A stretch of 64,000 nt of DNA, from sequence record DRR723986_1321, one strand, 5' to 3'. The translations under genes were made by a program, and so were the position numbers. The notes beneath the pieces were generated by a model. It searched no databases, was not told the origin of the DNA, and saw only the letters and a program-made list of their open reading frames with translations. This document shows, in pieces, positions 1 to 12,228 of the stretch (position 1 is its first letter; the number at the start of each line of letters is the position of its first letter).

Positions 1-679
1 CAATGCCTGCCGCCGCGTCGGCATGGAGTCCCTCGCCGTCGAACTACCCTCCTCAACCACTACCGAAGAACTGCTCGCCAAAATCGGTGAATTGAATGAG
101 GACCCTTACGTTCACGGCATCCTGCTGCAACACCCGGTGCCATCCCAAATCGACGAACGCGCCTGCTTCGACGCCATTGCCCTGAGCAAGGATGTGGACG
201 GCGTTACCTGTCTCGGCTTCGGCCGTATGGCCATGGGCGAGCCCGCCTACGGTTGTGCCACGCCGCAGGGAATCATGCGTATTCTCGAGCATTACGGCAT
301 AGACATCGAAGGCAAGCATGCGGTGGTGGTCGGCCGCAGTCCGATTCTCGGCAAGCCGATGGCGATGATGCTGTTGGAAAAAAATGCCACGGTAACGATC
401 TGCCATTCTCGTACCCGCGACCTGCCGGCGCTGGTCGCCCAGGCGGATATCCTGGTCGGCGCCGTGGGCAAACCGGAATTTATCCGGGCCGACTGGGTCA
501 AGGATGGTGCCGTGGTAGTGGATGCCGGTTACCACCCCGGCGGGGTTGGCGATATCGAACTGGGGCCCCTGGTGGAGCGTGCCAGCGCCTATACGCCGGT
601 ACCCGGCGGGGTCGGCCCGATGACCATCAACACCCTGATCATGCAGTCTGTTCAATCCGGCGAAAAATCCCTGGGTTGA
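1..679 (+). CDS. folD: Bifunctional methylenetetrahydrofolate dehydrogenase/cyclohydrolase (5' truncated by window edge)
   Basis: Frame is open from the window start (NACRRVGM...). Motifs [36 protein letters not shown]. Confidence 0.95.
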   Translation, partial: NACRRVGMESLAVELPSSTTTEELLAKIGELNEDPYVHGILLQHPVPSQIDERACFDAIALSKDVDGVTCLGFGRMAMGEPAYGCATPQGIMRILEHYGIDIEGKHAVVVGRSPILGKPMAMMLLEKNATVTICHSRTRDLPALVAQADILVGAVGKPEFIRADWVKDGAVVVDAGYHPGGVGDIELGPLVERASAYTPVPGGVGPMTINTLIMQSVQSGEKSLG

Positions 680-778
680 GCCAGCACCCGACCCACTAAA
701 CGCCCGCGGGTCCTACTGTCGGCCTGGCACTCCCCTTCGCGAAGGGTCTGCTACAGCATTATCCCGGGAAAACCCGGC

Positions 779-2155
779 CTAGCCGCGGCGCCACTTGGTG
801 CCCTCGCGGCTGTCCTCCAGCACGACACCCTCGGCCAGCAAATCCTGGCGAATCTGGTCCGCCAGGGCGTAATTCTTGTCGAGCTTGGCCTGCTGGCGCT
901 GTTCGATCAACTGATCAATCTGCTGCGGACTGATACCCTGCGCCTGCACGCCACCTTGCATCCAGCCCTCGGGGTCCTCACCGAGGATACCCAGCAGATT
1001 ACCCGCGGCAAGGATTCGCGCCTTTAGTGCGGGTTTTTCGGCCGCATCGGCCTTGTGTAGCTGGCGGGCAAGCGCGTGAATCTCGGCAACTGCCACCGGC
1101 GTATTCAGGTCATCATTCAGTGCGGCGTAAAACGGCTCGTCCGCCAGCACGACATCGACGTCAAGCGCGATGTCGCTGACCTCTCGCAAGGTACTGTAGA
1201 GGCTGCCAAGAGTCGACTCGGCCTGCTCGAGCAGTTCCGCCGAGAAATTGAGCGGCGAACGGTAATGGGCTGACAGCAGCGCGAAGCGCAGCACCTCGCC
1301 CCGGTAGCGCGTCAGCAGGTCGCGCACCGTGCGCACATTGCCCAGCGATTTGGACATCTTCTCGCCATCGAGATCGAGGTAAGCGTTGTGCATCCAGTAG
1401 CGCACGTAGTCACCACCGTGGGCGCAGCGACTCTGGGCGATCTCGTTCTCATGGTGAGGGAAGATCAGGTCACGCCCGCCGCCATGGATATCGATGGTTT
1501 CGCCCAGGTGCTCCCGAATCATGGCGGAACACTCCAGGTGCCAGCCGGGGCGGCCGCGGCCCCAGGGGCTGTCCCAGCCCGGGTCTTCATCACTGGCGGG
1601 CTTCCACAACACGAAATCCCCCGGGTGACGCTTGTAATCCGCAACCTCCACCCGGGCACCCGCCTGCATATCATCCAGCGAGCGCTTGCTCAGCCGACCG
1701 TAATCCGGCATGGACTCCACGGCAAACAGCACGTGACCTGCGGATTCATAGGCATGACCCTTGTCGATCAGGGTCCGGGTCAACTCGATCATCGCCGGAA
1801 TATTGTGCGTCGCGTGCGGCTCCAGCGTCGGCGGCAGTGCATTGAGCTGCGCCATATCTTCGCGATACTTGGCAGTGAATTCCTCGGTGACCGCTTCAAT
1901 ACTGCGCTCACCCTCGCGCGCGGCAGCGATGATCTTGTCATCGATATCAGTGATATTGCGCGCGTAGATGACCTCGTCATAGTGCGTCTGCAACAGGCGG
2001 AACAAGGTATCGAATACGACCACCGGACGGGCATTGCCAATATGGGCCAGGTTGTAAACCGTCGGGCCACACACGTACATGGTGACCCGCCCGGGTTGCA
2101 AGGGCTCGAACGGCTCCTTGCGTGCGCTCAGCGTGTTATATAACTGCAGGGACAT
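779..2155 (-). CDS. cysS: Cysteine--tRNA ligase
   Basis: [53 protein letters not shown] at 2155 chosen as start. Confidence 0.97.
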   Translation of the reverse strand: MSLQLYNTLSARKEPFEPLQPGRVTMYVCGPTVYNLAHIGNARPVVVFDTLFRLLQTHYDEVIYARNITDIDDKIIAAAREGERSIEAVTEEFTAKYREDMAQLNALPPTLEPHATHNIPAMIELTRTLIDKGHAYESAGHVLFAVESMPDYGRLSKRSLDDMQAGARVEVADYKRHPGDFVLWKPASDEDPGWDSPWGRGRPGWHLECSAMIREHLGETIDIHGGGRDLIFPHHENEIAQSRCAHGGDYVRYWMHNAYLDLDGEKMSKSLGNVRTVRDLLTRYRGEVLRFALLSAHYRSPLNFSAELLEQAESTLGSLYSTLREVSDIALDVDVVLADEPFYAALNDDLNTPVAVAEIHALARQLHKADAAEKPALKARILAAGNLLGILGEDPEGWMQGGVQAQGISPQQIDQLIEQRQQAKLDKNYALADQIRQDLLAEGVVLEDSREGTKWRRG

Positions 2156-2167
2156 TGCCAATCGGCC

Positions 2168-3826
2168 TCAGTCGGTCCAGGTATCGCGCAAACCGATGGT
2201 CCTGTTGAACACCGGTCGCTCGGAGTGGTGGTCGTAACGGTCGGCGACAAAATAGCCTTCACGCTCGAACTGGAAGTTCTGCTCGGGCAGCGCCTCGGCC
2301 AGTGACGGCTCGATCCAGGCGTTCTCCAGGACTTCCAGCGATGCGTCATTGAGATGACGCATGAATTCGCCGTCGCCCTTGTCCGGCGCCGGGTGGTGAA
2401 ACAGGCGGTCATAGAGCCTGACTTCCGCGCTTCGACCGTGACTGGCCGACACCCAGTGAATCACACCCTTGGGTTTGATGCCGTCTGCCGGGTCATTGCC
2501 CAGCGTGTCCGGGATAATCCGTGCGTGGACTTCGACAGGCTCTCCGTCGGCATCGCGCAGCACGCTTTCAGCTTCGATGACATAGGCATTACGCAGGCGC
2601 ACCCGCTTGCCAAGCACCAGGCGCTTGTACTTCTTGTTGGCTTCCTCGCGAAAGTCGTCGCGGTCGATGTAAAGCTCCCGGGTAAACGGCAGCAGGCGCG
2701 CGCCCAGCTCATCCCGACTGGGATGGGAGGGGGCGGTGAGCTCCTCGACCGCGTCTTCCGGGTAGTCGGTCAGCACGACCTTCAACGGGCGCAGCACACA
2801 CATGGCACGGGGCGCGTTTTCGTTGAGGTCATCGCGTATCGCGTGTTCCAGCATTGCGACATCCACAACCCCGTCAGAACGGGTAGTACCGACCATGTCG
2901 CAGAACCGGCGGATAGCCGCTGCGGTAAAGCCCCGGCGGCGCATGCCGGCTATGGTCGGCATGCGCGGGTCGTCCCAGCCCTGCACCACGGCATCGTCGA
3001 CAAGCTGCTTCAACTTGCGCTTGCTGGTCACCGTATAACTGGTATTGAGGCGGCCAAACTCATACTGCCGCGGACGGCTGGTAAGCGGCAGGTGCTCGAT
3101 AAACCAGTCATATAACGGACGGTGATCCTCGAACTCCAGGGTACAGATCGAGTGGGTCACGCCTTCAATGGCGTCTTCCTGGCCGTGGGCGAAATCGTAG
3201 GTGGGGTAGATAACCCAGCTGTCGCCGGTCTGGTGATGGGGCACCTTGCGAATACGGTAAAGAATCGGGTCGCGCAGGTTCATGTTCGGAGACGCCATAT
3301 CAATCCTGGCTCGCAGTACCCGGCTGCCTTCGTCAAACTCGCCAGCCTTCATCCGTGCGAGCAAATCGAGGTTCTCGGCCACGCTGCGCTCACGGTTTGG
3401 GCTATTGCGCCCGGGTTCAGTGAGGGTACCCCGATACTCGCGCGCCTCATCCGCAGTGAGGTCGCAAACATAGGCATCGCCCTGCTCGACCAGCATCACC
3501 GCCCAATCGTACAACTGCTGGAAATAGGCGGACGCGAAGCGCACCTCACCATGCCACTGGTAGCCCAGCCAGCGCACATCTTCCATGATGGAATCGATGT
3601 ACTCCTGGCTCTCTTTTTCAGGGTTGGTGTCGTCAAAGCGCAGATTACAGCGACCGCCAAAAGCTTCAGCCAGGCCAAAATTCACGCTGATCGACTTGGC
3701 GTGCCCGATGTGCAGATAGCCATTGGGCTCCGGCGGAAACCGGGTTACCACCTCGGTAACCCGCCCGCTATCTATATCGTCGGCGATGATCGCTCGAAGG
3801 AAGTTGCCGACGGGTTGCTGCTCCAT
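2168..3826 (-). CDS. glnS: Glutamine--tRNA ligase
   Basis: [41 protein letters not shown]. Start moved to ATG 3826, which follows an AGGA RBS; the ORF-track extension is spurious. Confidence 0.96.
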   Translation of the reverse strand: MEQQPVGNFLRAIIADDIDSGRVTEVVTRFPPEPNGYLHIGHAKSISVNFGLAEAFGGRCNLRFDDTNPEKESQEYIDSIMEDVRWLGYQWHGEVRFASAYFQQLYDWAVMLVEQGDAYVCDLTADEAREYRGTLTEPGRNSPNRERSVAENLDLLARMKAGEFDEGSRVLRARIDMASPNMNLRDPILYRIRKVPHHQTGDSWVIYPTYDFAHGQEDAIEGVTHSICTLEFEDHRPLYDWFIEHLPLTSRPRQYEFGRLNTSYTVTSKRKLKQLVDDAVVQGWDDPRMPTIAGMRRRGFTAAAIRRFCDMVGTTRSDGVVDVAMLEHAIRDDLNENAPRAMCVLRPLKVVLTDYPEDAVEELTAPSHPSRDELGARLLPFTRELYIDRDDFREEANKKYKRLVLGKRVRLRNAYVIEAESVLRDADGEPVEVHARIIPDTLGNDPADGIKPKGVIHWVSASHGRSAEVRLYDRLFHHPAPDKGDGEFMRHLNDASLEVLENAWIEPSLAEALPEQNFQFEREGYFVADRYDHHSERPVFNRTIGLRDTWTD

Positions 3827-4014
3827 AAATCCTACTGTTTGCGCGGAATAAAGGGCGCGTATTATAGCCATAGATGGCCCGGCCAGACAGCTAATTGAAC
3901 CCCAGGGCGGCGATTCGTCAGATATTGACCAGTAACCGGGACTTGCTTGTTCTCCTGCCACACAAAAGTCCGTATCATTGCGCGGCACTGAAGAAAACAC
4001 ACAGGGACGACACC

Positions 4015-4512
4015 ATGGTCATCATGCGCACCACCTTCGGCGAGATCAAACTGGAACTTGACGCCGAAAAAGCCCCCAAGACAGTGGAAAACTTCCTCAT
4101 GTACGCCCGGGAAGGCTTCTACGACGGCACCATCTTTCACCGCGTGATCAATAATTTCATGATCCAGGGCGGCGGCTTTGACACCAATATGCACCAGAAG
4201 CCGGCTTACGACCCCGTGGAGAACGAGGCGGACAACGGCCTCAAGAACGATACCGGCACCATCGCCATGGCACGCACCATGGACCCGCACTCCGCCACTG
4301 CCCAGTTCTTCATCAACGTGAAGGACAATGACTTCCTGAATTTCAGCGGCAAGAACATGCAGGGCTGGGGTTACACGGTTTTTGGCCGGGTCGTGGAAGG
4401 TCATGACGTGCTGGACAAGATCCGCAGCGTTCCCACAGGCACCAGCAACGGCCACCAGGATGTCCCCAAGGATCCGGTGATCATCGAATCCGTGGAAGTC
4501 GTCGAGGACTGA
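4015..4512 (+). CDS. ppiB: Cyclophilin-type peptidyl-prolyl cis-trans isomerase B
   Basis: [37 protein letters not shown]. Conserved cysS/glnS-ppiB-lpxH synteny. Confidence 0.95.
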   Translation: MVIMRTTFGEIKLELDAEKAPKTVENFLMYAREGFYDGTIFHRVINNFMIQGGGFDTNMHQKPAYDPVENEADNGLKNDTGTIAMARTMDPHSATAQFFINVKDNDFLNFSGKNMQGWGYTVFGRVVEGHDVLDKIRSVPTGTSNGHQDVPKDPVIIESVEVVED

Positions 4513-4530
4513 TTAAACGGGCTTCATCCC

Positions 4531-5247
4531 GTGACCCGGATTTTGCTGATCTCCGACCTGCACCTGGCGCAGGATCGCCCCCGGGTTAACGACGCATTCA
4601 TCCGTTTTCTCGCCGCCAATCGCAACTGCGAGGCGCTGTACATTCTCGGCGACCTGTTCGAGGCCTGGGTCGGCGATGACGACGATGCTGCGCTGGTCAG
4701 GGACATCGCCGTCGCACTGCAGGCATTTACCGCTGACGGCGCCTCGCTCTACCTGATGCATGGCAACCGGGACTTCCTCCTTGGCACCGACTTCTGTGAC
4801 CGGGTCGGCGCCACCCTGCTTGCCGACCCCACGGTACATTCGCTGTACGGCATTGCCACCCTGTTGATGCACGGCGACAGCCTGTGTACCGGGGACGCCG
4901 AGTACCAGGCATTCCGCCGACAGGCCCGGGATCCGGCCTGGCAGGCACAGTTGCTGGAGCATAGCCTGGAAGAACGCCGGGCTCTGGCGAGCCAGTTGCG
5001 CAGCATCAGCAAGGAAGCCAACAGCAACAAGGCCGAGGACATCATGGACGTCACGCCGCAGGAGGTTGAGCAGGCGATGACCGACCACCGGGTCACACGC
5101 CTGATTCACGGCCATACCCACCGCCCGGGGGTTCACCAGCACGCGGGCGGCGAGCGCTGGGTACTCGGGGACTGGGACCTGAAGGGCTGGTATATCGAAC
5201 TCGACGAAGCGGATGCAAGGCTAATTGATTTTCAAATAGATCAATAG
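4531..5247 (+). CDS. lpxH: UDP-2,3-diacylglucosamine diphosphatase
   Basis: ISDLHL, GDLFEAWVGDD, HGNRDF, HGDSLC, IHGHTH. Follows ppiB. Confidence 0.95.
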   Translation: MTRILLISDLHLAQDRPRVNDAFIRFLAANRNCEALYILGDLFEAWVGDDDDAALVRDIAVALQAFTADGASLYLMHGNRDFLLGTDFCDRVGATLLADPTVHSLYGIATLLMHGDSLCTGDAEYQAFRRQARDPAWQAQLLEHSLEERRALASQLRSISKEANSNKAEDIMDVTPQEVEQAMTDHRVTRLIHGHTHRPGVHQHAGGERWVLGDWDLKGWYIELDEADARLIDFQIDQ

Positions 5248-5273
5248 CTTGTGGCTTATTAATAATTCTATTT

Positions 5274-5888
5274 CTAGCTTTCGGGAACACCGCTGTGGAA
5301 GCGAAACTCCGGATCAGGCGCCTCAATCAGCCCCTGTTCGACCGCCAATAGCTGCGCCAGCCGGCGCTGGATCTCGTCAGGCTCGGCCAGCGCGCCAGCC
5401 AGCTGCAGGTAATCCTTGAAATGCCGCGCCTCGGACTGCAACAGCGAGCCATAGAACGCGGCCAACTCCTCGTCCAGCACCGGCACCAGTGCCGCAAAGC
5501 GCTCGCAGGAGCGCGCTTCGATTATCGCCCCGACCAATAGCGTGTCCAGCAGCCGCGAGGGCTCCCTGGAACGCACCTGGCGCCGCAACTCCCCCGCGTA
5601 GCGCGAGGCACTGAGCTGGGGATAGTCGATACCGCGGCGCTGCATGATTGCCAGCACCTGTTCAAAGTGACGTAATTCCTCTCGGGCCAGGCGGGACAGC
5701 TTGTTCAGCAGCACCGGGTCATCGACGTAGCGATAGATGAGGTTGAGCGCAGTTGAGGCGGCCTTCTTCTCGCAATTGGCATGGTCCACCAGCAGCGTAG
5801 CCTGGTTCGCCACCGCACATTGCACCCAGGCGGCAGGCGTCGCGCATGGCAGGAATTCCCGCAGCGGCGCGAGATCCACCGCCTTCAC
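5274..5888 (-). CDS. miaE: tRNA-(ms2io6A37) hydroxylase
   Basis: Di-iron motifs DHANCEKKAA, REELRHFE, EARSCERF, SEARH, and C-terminal RFHSG. Confidence 0.92.
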   Translation of the reverse strand: MKAVDLAPLREFLPCATPAAWVQCAVANQATLLVDHANCEKKAASTALNLIYRYVDDPVLLNKLSRLAREELRHFEQVLAIMQRRGIDYPQLSASRYAGELRRQVRSREPSRLLDTLLVGAIIEARSCERFAALVPVLDEELAAFYGSLLQSEARHFKDYLQLAGALAEPDEIQRRLAQLLAVEQGLIEAPDPEFRFHSGVPES

Positions 5889-6358
5889 CGGCTACCCCCG
5901 GGGGCAAACAGGTCGGGCGCGCCGATATAGCGCTCATAGTGGGCCTCGGAAAGAATGTAAAACTCCCGGTCGATAAGCTCGCGCAACTCGATGATGGGGA
6001 GATCCCGGTAGCGCAGGTCGACCTCGAAGCCGTATTCCCGCGGGTCGCTGATCTGGCTTGCGCCAGCCTTCATCAGGGCGAACACCCAGCAGTACTCGTC
6101 GTGCTGCGGATTGTGCCGGATCTGCTGCACCTCCAGCTGCCAGGCCAGTAACTGCGGATCGATTACCTGCAGCTTGTTACTCACACACTGGGACAGGAAA
6201 TCCGCCAGACGGTGGTCAACGATACGCTTCTGCTGCTGGGTGTAGCCGTTCCAGTTGATGACTTCGTGGGAAAAACGCTTGCAGCCGCGGCACACCGAAT
6301 CTCCAATGCCTGTAGAACAGACACCAATACAGGGGGTTTTGACAGGGCGGTCGAGCAT
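5885..6358 (-). CDS. DUF1289-family Cys-rich protein
   Basis: TPCIGVCST...CRGCKRF motif. Stop overlaps the miaE start by 4 nt. Confidence 0.75.
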   Translation of the reverse strand: MLDRPVKTPCIGVCSTGIGDSVCRGCKRFSHEVINWNGYTQQQKRIVDHRLADFLSQCVSNKLQVIDPQLLAWQLEVQQIRHNPQHDEYCWVFALMKAGASQISDPREYGFEVDLRYRDLPIIELRELIDREFYILSEAHYERYIGAPDLFAPGGSR

Positions 6359-6418
6359 GCGGATGGGGCGTGGGAATTTGGCCGGAGTGTAAGGTATCAA
6401 CGCCGTGAATGCACGATA

Positions 6419-6462
6419 TAAGCAGTTGATTTGTTTATCTTAATCACGACGTAAGCTATACT
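6419..6462 (+). promoter_or_regulatory. IHF site (minus strand, 6419-6431) and sigma70 -10 TATACT (6457-6462) upstream of acnB
   Basis: Reverse complement of 6419-6431 is AATCAACTGCTTA, a perfect WATCAANNNNTTR match. TATACT is about 80 nt before the acnB start. Confidence 0.55.
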
Positions 6463-6539
6463 CCGACGCCGTTTCCAGCCCTATCCCGGCCGCTCGCAGA
6501 CCATGCAACGGCGGGTCCCAGAACCGAAAGGAGTCCACC

Positions 6540-9155
6540 GTGCTAGAAGCCTATCGCGAACACGTTGCTGAACGCGCCAGCCAGAATATCCCGCCCAAGC
6601 CCCTGAGCGCTGAGCAAGTGGCCGGCCTGATTGAACTGCTCAAAAACCCGCCCGCCGGCGAGGAAGAGTTCCTGCTGGACCTGCTCAGCACCCGGGTGCC
6701 ACCGGGCGTTGACGAGGCCGCCTACGTCAAGGCGGGCTTCCTGTCAGCCCTGGCGAAGGGCGAAACCGAGTGCGCGCTGATCGACAGGCCCGCGGCGATC
6801 AGGCTGCTGGGTGATATGCACGGTGGTTACAACATTGAGACCCTGGTTTCCCTGCTCACCGACGACAGCCTGGGCACCCTGGCTGCGGCTGAATTGAGAC
6901 ACACCCTGCTGATGTTCGACGCCTTCCACGATGTGGCCGAACTGGCTCAGCAGGGCAACAGCAATGCCAGCGCGCTGCTGCAATCCTGGGCCGACGGCGA
7001 ATGGTTCACCTCCCGCGACGACGTGCCGGAGTCAATCAAGGTGGCGGTATTCAAGGTAACCGGCGAAACCAATACGGATGACCTCTCCCCCGCTCCCGAC
7101 GCCTGGTCCCGCCCGGATATCCCGCTGCATGCCCTGGCGATGTACAAGATGACCCGCGATGGCCTGGAGCCGGAAGAGCACGGGGTCACTGGCCCGATGT
7201 CGCAGATTCAGCGGATCAAGGACCAGGGCCTGCCGGTGGCATTTGTCGGCGACGTGGTCGGCACCGGCTCCTCGCGCAAGTCCGCCACCAACTCGGTGCT
7301 GTGGTTCTTCGGTGATGACATCAATGGCGTGCCCAACAAGCGCGCCGGCGGCATCTGCATCGGCGGCAAGGTCGCGCCGATTTTCTACAACACCATGGAA
7401 GATGCCGGTGCCCTGGTATTCGAGGCCCCGGTCGACAAACTGAACATGGGTGATGTGATCGAGATCCGTCCCTACGAGGGCAAGATTCTGTCCGAATCCG
7501 GCGAGGTCCTGTCGGAGTTCGAATTGAAGTCCGACGTACTGCTTGATGAAGTGCGTGCCGGCGGCCGGATCAACCTGATCATTGGCCGCGGCCTCACCAC
7601 GCGCGCCAGGGAAACCCTGGGGCTGGGCGAATCTGACTTGTTCCGCAAGCCAGAGCAGCCGGCAGACACGGGCAAAGGTTTCACCCTGGCCCAGAAGATG
7701 GTCGGCCAGGCCTGTGGCCTTCCCGGTATCCGTCCGGGCACCTACTGCGAACCGCGGATGACCACCGTCGGCTCCCAGGACACCACCGGGCCGATGACCC
7801 GCGATGAACTGAAGGATCTTGCCTGCCTCGGCTTCTCCGCCGACCTGACCATGCAGTCCTTTTGCCACACTGCGGCCTACCCCAAGCCGGTGGATATCGA
7901 CACCCAGCACTCACTGCCCGACTTCATCATGACCCGCGGCGGCGTATCGCTGCGCCCGGGAGACGGCATCATCCACTCCTGGTTGAACCGCATGCTGCTG
8001 CCCGACACTGTCGGCACCGGAGGCGACTCGCACACCCGCTTCCCGATGGGCATTTCCTTCCCCGCCGGTTCAGGCCTGGTTGCCTTCGCCGCGGCGACCG
8101 GGGTCATGCCGTTGGACATGCCAGAATCGGTACTGGTGCGCTTCAAGGGCGAAATGCAGCCCGGTATCACCTTGCGCGACCTGGTGCACGCTATCCCCTA
8201 TTACGCGATCCAGCAGGGTTTGCTCACAGTCGACAAGAAGGGCAAGAAAAACATCTTCTCCGGCCGCATCCTGGAGATTGAAGGCCTCGGCGACCTGACC
8301 GTGGAACAGGCGTTCGAATTGTCAGACGCCTCGGCCGAACGCTCCGCCGCCGGCTGTACCATCGATCTGACTGAGGACACCATCGCCGAGTACCTGCGCT
8401 CAAACATCGTGCTGCTGCGCTCGATGATTGCCGAAGGCTACGGCGACGCACGGACCATTGAGCGCCGGGCGAGAAAGATGGAAGAGTGGCTGGCCAATCC
8501 GAGCCTGATGAAGGCAGACCCGGACGCGGAGTACGAGGCGGTGATCGAGATCGATCTCGCCGAGGTCACCGAGCCCATCGTCTGCGCGCCGAACGACCCG
8601 GACGACGCACGCCTGCTGTCCGAGGTCGCCGGTGACAGCGTTGACGAAGTGTTCATCGGGTCCTGCATGACCAACATCGGCCACTTCCGTGCCGCCGGCA
8701 AACTGCTGGAACAGCACAAGGGCACGATCGCGACCCGCCTGTGGATTGTCCCCCCGACCCGGATGGACGAACACCTGCTGATGGAGGAAGGCTACTACAA
8801 CATTTTTGGTCGCGCCGGCGCCCGCACCGAAATGCCCGGCTGCTCCCTGTGCATGGGCAACCAGGCACGCGTGGCAGCGAACTCAACGGTACTCTCTACC
8901 TCCACCCGCAACTTCCCCAACCGTCTCGGTGACGGCGCTAACGTCTACCTGACCTCGGCGGAACTGGCGGCGGTCGGAGCGGTACTGGGTAAACTGCCGA
9001 CCCCGGCAGAGTACATGGAGTATGCCGCCAATCTCGACTCCATGGCGGACGAGATCTACCGCTACATGAACTTCGACCAGATCGTTGAGTTCCAGAAGAA
9101 ATCTGATGAGGGCAAGCGCATCGCCGCGGTGGAGATCACCGAGTTAAGCGCCTGA
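6540..9155 (+). CDS. acnB: Aconitate hydratase B
   Basis: [58 protein letters not shown] start. Confidence 0.97.
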   Translation: MLEAYREHVAERASQNIPPKPLSAEQVAGLIELLKNPPAGEEEFLLDLLSTRVPPGVDEAAYVKAGFLSALAKGETECALIDRPAAIRLLGDMHGGYNIETLVSLLTDDSLGTLAAAELRHTLLMFDAFHDVAELAQQGNSNASALLQSWADGEWFTSRDDVPESIKVAVFKVTGETNTDDLSPAPDAWSRPDIPLHALAMYKMTRDGLEPEEHGVTGPMSQIQRIKDQGLPVAFVGDVVGTGSSRKSATNSVLWFFGDDINGVPNKRAGGICIGGKVAPIFYNTMEDAGALVFEAPVDKLNMGDVIEIRPYEGKILSESGEVLSEFELKSDVLLDEVRAGGRINLIIGRGLTTRARETLGLGESDLFRKPEQPADTGKGFTLAQKMVGQACGLPGIRPGTYCEPRMTTVGSQDTTGPMTRDELKDLACLGFSADLTMQSFCHTAAYPKPVDIDTQHSLPDFIMTRGGVSLRPGDGIIHSWLNRMLLPDTVGTGGDSHTRFPMGISFPAGSGLVAFAAATGVMPLDMPESVLVRFKGEMQPGITLRDLVHAIPYYAIQQGLLTVDKKGKKNIFSGRILEIEGLGDLTVEQAFELSDASAERSAAGCTIDLTEDTIAEYLRSNIVLLRSMIAEGYGDARTIERRARKMEEWLANPSLMKADPDAEYEAVIEIDLAEVTEPIVCAPNDPDDARLLSEVAGDSVDEVFIGSCMTNIGHFRAAGKLLEQHKGTIATRLWIVPPTRMDEHLLMEEGYYNIFGRAGARTEMPGCSLCMGNQARVAANSTVLSTSTRNFPNRLGDGANVYLTSAELAAVGAVLGKLPTPAEYMEYAANLDSMADEIYRYMNFDQIVEFQKKSDEGKRIAAVEITELSA

Positions 9156-9172
9156 GTCCACACCCGATAAAC

Positions 9173-9200
9173 AAACCCCGCTCCATGCGGGGTTTTTTTT
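9173..9200 (+). terminator. Rho-independent terminator of acnB
   Basis: AAACCCCGC-TCCAT-GCGGGGTTT running into a T8 tract, 17 nt after the stop. Confidence 0.9.
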
Positions 9201-9237
9201 GCCCACGCCGCATGCCTGGCACGACCGACGGGCAGGT

Positions 9238-11232
9238 TCAGCGCGCAAACTGCAGTCGCCGCACCGCCTGGCGCAGCTCGCGCCCCTGGCGCTCGCGTCC
9301 GGGAACATCCGGTGCATATGCCAGCGCTTGATAACGCGCGGTAATATCCAGGATCTGTCGTTTCAGGCGCGGTAGCTTGCGCACCGCCCTGGCGGCGAAC
9401 TCGGCGGGCGTCTCTCCGCGCTCCCTGACCAGACCGAGCCGTGCCATCTGTTCGCAGAAAGACAGGTAATAACGGTCTTCCGGTGCCAGCTGGTGACGCC
9501 GGCGGCGCAGCAACAGCGACACGCCGACCGGTACCAGTACCAGGGCCCAGGTGCCCAGCAGTACGGCGACGAAGGTGCGGGCGCTGACCTCGCCGAACAC
9601 ATCCCGCAGTAGCTGGTACTGCTGCGCGCTGTTGAAGCCCGTCACCCAGGCCTGCCAGCCGTAGGTCAGCGCGTCATAGCGCAGCCGCAGCGCATTGACC
9701 CAGTCAATCCGCCGGTAGCGCAGCGGCGACAGGGGCGAATCGGCAAGGAAGGTACCCTCACCGGCGACCGCCTGCTCCAGGCCCCACTCCACCCGGTCCG
9801 GGGCAACAGCGGCGGTGGGATCCACCCGCACCCAGCCCTCGCCGGCGAGCCAGACTTCGGTCCACGCGTGCGCATCAAACTGGTGGACGATCACCGTGCG
9901 ATTAACCGGGTTCACCTCGCCGCCCATATAGCCGGCAACGATTCTCGCCGGTACACCCGCCGCCCGCATCATGACGACAAAGGCGTAGGCGTAGTGCTCA
10001 CAGAAGCCGCGCCGGGTATCGAACATGAACTGGTCCATCGGGTCATCGCCCAGCAGCGGCGGCTGCAAGGTGTAAACAAAGGGGTTGCGCGTAAAGTGCT
10101 GCAGAACCCGGTCGACGAAATCACGCTCGTCTGCGGCCGCCGCGCGCAGTTCACGGGCCAGCTCCCGGGTTCGCTGATTGGCTTCCCCGGCAAGCGCGAG
10201 CTCGGTCGCCCGCCGCCAGGCGGACAGCTCCGGCTCCAGCGGCGTGTCCGGCCAGCTGCGCACGGTGTAACGTGTTTCACGCTCGACGATCACCGGTGAG
10301 TAGAGCCTGAAGTCGGCCGTCTCCATAAGCCCTGGCTGGGTGGACACCGAGTAACCCAGGCTATACAGCCAGTTCTGCTGGGTGGGCTCCATGATCACGC
10401 TGTAATCCAGAGGCTCCCCTACCCGCTCCTGGGGCCTGGCGCGGCGTTCATCGGCGGGTATGTCGTAATAGGGAATGCTTCGCCAGGCGCCCTCCTCCAG
10501 CTTGCTCATTACCAGACCGCGCCAGTAGAGCTGGTTAAAGTCCGGCGGCTCGCCGCTGAACTGGGCACGAAATGCCACGTCAGTAGAGCGGCTGAGCTGC
10601 GAAATATCGCCAGGGCGCAGGTAATCACTCATCCCGGTCTTCGCCGCGTGACTCTTGACCGGTACTGTCCACAGCGGGCCGATACGCGGAAACAGGAAAA
10701 ACAGCACCAGCATCAGGGGGAATGCCTGCAGCAGCATGGTGCCTGCAAGGCGCAAGCTGCCGCGGTTCAGACGCTGTTCGCCGGGCTGGTGCAGGGCAAC
10801 CAGCGCTGTGGTCAGCAGCAGCACATTGCCCATGGAATACAGCACAATCAGCAGGTCCTGGGTAAACAGGAACTCAGTAATACAGATAAAGTAGCCGAGA
10901 AACAGCAGCACATACGCATCCTTGCGTCCCACCAACTCGGTGAGCTTCAGGGCGAAGGCAGTGAGCAGCAGAGCGACCGTGGGTTCGAGGCCGATCAGCG
11001 AGCCGAAGCTCAGGAAAATACCGGTGGCCGCGCTCACGATCAGCGCCAGTTTCACCCAGCGCCCGGGAAACCGCCAGCGACCGCGGAACACCTGGATACG
11101 CCAGATCACCGCAACCAGGTAAACCAGCATCACCCAAAACGGAATACGCCCCGCATGGGGGGCTACCAGGGTGAACAGGCAGAGGATGATCCACGCCAGG
11201 GCATTGCGCGGTACCTGTTGCTCGAGCTTCAT
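9238..11232 (-). CDS. Membrane transglutaminase-like protein (DUF3488 + TGase, TgpA-like)
   Basis: Multiple TM helices, then catalytic triad motifs GFCEHYA, HAWTE, VDPT. Start ATG 11232 overlaps the upstream stop (ATGA). Confidence 0.88.
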   Translation of the reverse strand: MKLEQQVPRNALAWIILCLFTLVAPHAGRIPFWVMLVYLVAVIWRIQVFRGRWRFPGRWVKLALIVSAATGIFLSFGSLIGLEPTVALLLTAFALKLTELVGRKDAYVLLFLGYFICITEFLFTQDLLIVLYSMGNVLLLTTALVALHQPGEQRLNRGSLRLAGTMLLQAFPLMLVLFFLFPRIGPLWTVPVKSHAAKTGMSDYLRPGDISQLSRSTDVAFRAQFSGEPPDFNQLYWRGLVMSKLEEGAWRSIPYYDIPADERRARPQERVGEPLDYSVIMEPTQQNWLYSLGYSVSTQPGLMETADFRLYSPVIVERETRYTVRSWPDTPLEPELSAWRRATELALAGEANQRTRELARELRAAAADERDFVDRVLQHFTRNPFVYTLQPPLLGDDPMDQFMFDTRRGFCEHYAYAFVVMMRAAGVPARIVAGYMGGEVNPVNRTVIVHQFDAHAWTEVWLAGEGWVRVDPTAAVAPDRVEWGLEQAVAGEGTFLADSPLSPLRYRRIDWVNALRLRYDALTYGWQAWVTGFNSAQQYQLLRDVFGEVSARTFVAVLLGTWALVLVPVGVSLLLRRRRHQLAPEDRYYLSFCEQMARLGLVRERGETPAEFAARAVRKLPRLKRQILDITARYQALAYAPDVPGRERQGRELRQAVRRLQFAR

Positions 11233-12218
11233 CGCGATCGCTCCAGCCCGTGCAGGGCCAGCGCGCGCAGGACCTGCTCCCGGTGCTGCTCCCCCCAACC
11301 GGGCTCGAGCGAGTAACCAGGCAGCCGCAGTCCGTATTCGAGTTGCTCGCGATCGAAAACCAGGGCCCAGTGACACAGGTGGGACAGGCGCTGCTCCATA
11401 CCGAGACCGGCGAACATTTCCCAGTCCAGCCAGACGCTGCGGTCGGCATAAGCGGCATATTGCTTGCTCTGCAGTGCCTGCCCGCGAGCCAGGCCTTTCC
11501 AGTGCACCTGCCGCAGGGAGTCGCCGGCGCGGTAGTCACGGAACCCGTAAAAATCATCGCTGCCTGCCACCGGTACCGACGTGCCGTCGGGGTGATCGCT
11601 GGCCAGCCCCGGCAGCTCCGGCGATGGCAGCGGCTCCGGGTACACAAGGGCACGCAGGTCCAGGTCGATCCAGGTCCAGCAGCGCAGCAGACCCAGCGGA
11701 TAGGTGGATTCCAACAGCAAGCGACCCGGGTGATGCCAGCCACGGCCACCAACCGGCGTATGCAAGCGCACCGGAACCGTGTCCTCACCGACGATATTGA
11801 TCAGTGCATCGCTACTGTCCGGCCATTTCAGGTGCAGCGCAAAATGATCCCGGGTCTTACCCCGCTCGACCAGTAACTCGAATTCTGCCTGTTGCCCGGG
11901 AAACGCCGCTTGCGCCCTCACCGCATGAATGGTCAGCCCTGACAGGTTGGCATAGGTATGCAGCACACCGATCACAAACAGGGTGGCCAGCAGGAAGGTC
12001 AGCGCGAAACTCATGTTGTTCTCGTAATTAATCGCGGTGAGCAACATGAGCAGCAGGCAGGCAAAGAAGAAAAAACCCACCCGCGAGGGGAAGATGAAGA
12101 TGCGTTTCTGGTCGAGGGTTACGGAACGGGCGGGAGGAATTCGCCGATTGACCCACGCCTGGAAGCGTCGCCGCGCCCGCTGGCGCAGGCCGTCGAACCC
12201 GGCGAGCCCGGTTGCCAC
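11229..12218 (-). CDS. DUF58-domain protein
   Basis: N-terminal TM pair, YPLGL, GFRDYRAGD...VHWK motif. Lies between moxR and the transglutaminase. Confidence 0.85.
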   Translation of the reverse strand: MATGLAGFDGLRQRARRRFQAWVNRRIPPARSVTLDQKRIFIFPSRVGFFFFACLLLMLLTAINYENNMSFALTFLLATLFVIGVLHTYANLSGLTIHAVRAQAAFPGQQAEFELLVERGKTRDHFALHLKWPDSSDALINIVGEDTVPVRLHTPVGGRGWHHPGRLLLESTYPLGLLRCWTWIDLDLRALVYPEPLPSPELPGLASDHPDGTSVPVAGSDDFYGFRDYRAGDSLRQVHWKGLARGQALQSKQYAAYADRSVWLDWEMFAGLGMEQRLSHLCHWALVFDREQLEYGLRLPGYSLEPGWGEQHREQVLRALALHGLERSR

Positions 12219-12228
12219 TAGCGCACCA

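Noticed and set aside
680-778. Short hairpins between folD and cysS (CCCTTCGCGAAGGG, CCGGGAAAACCCGG)
   Set aside because: No U-tract, not repeated elsewhere in the window, and insufficient to call a terminator, REP or sRNA.
3827-4014. N-terminal extensions in the ORF track for glnS and ppiB (also tgpA, trpA, trpF, truA, leuC, MMPL, ppdK)
   Set aside because: Recognisable family sequence and RBSs begin at downstream starts; the extensions overlap neighbouring genes or promoters.
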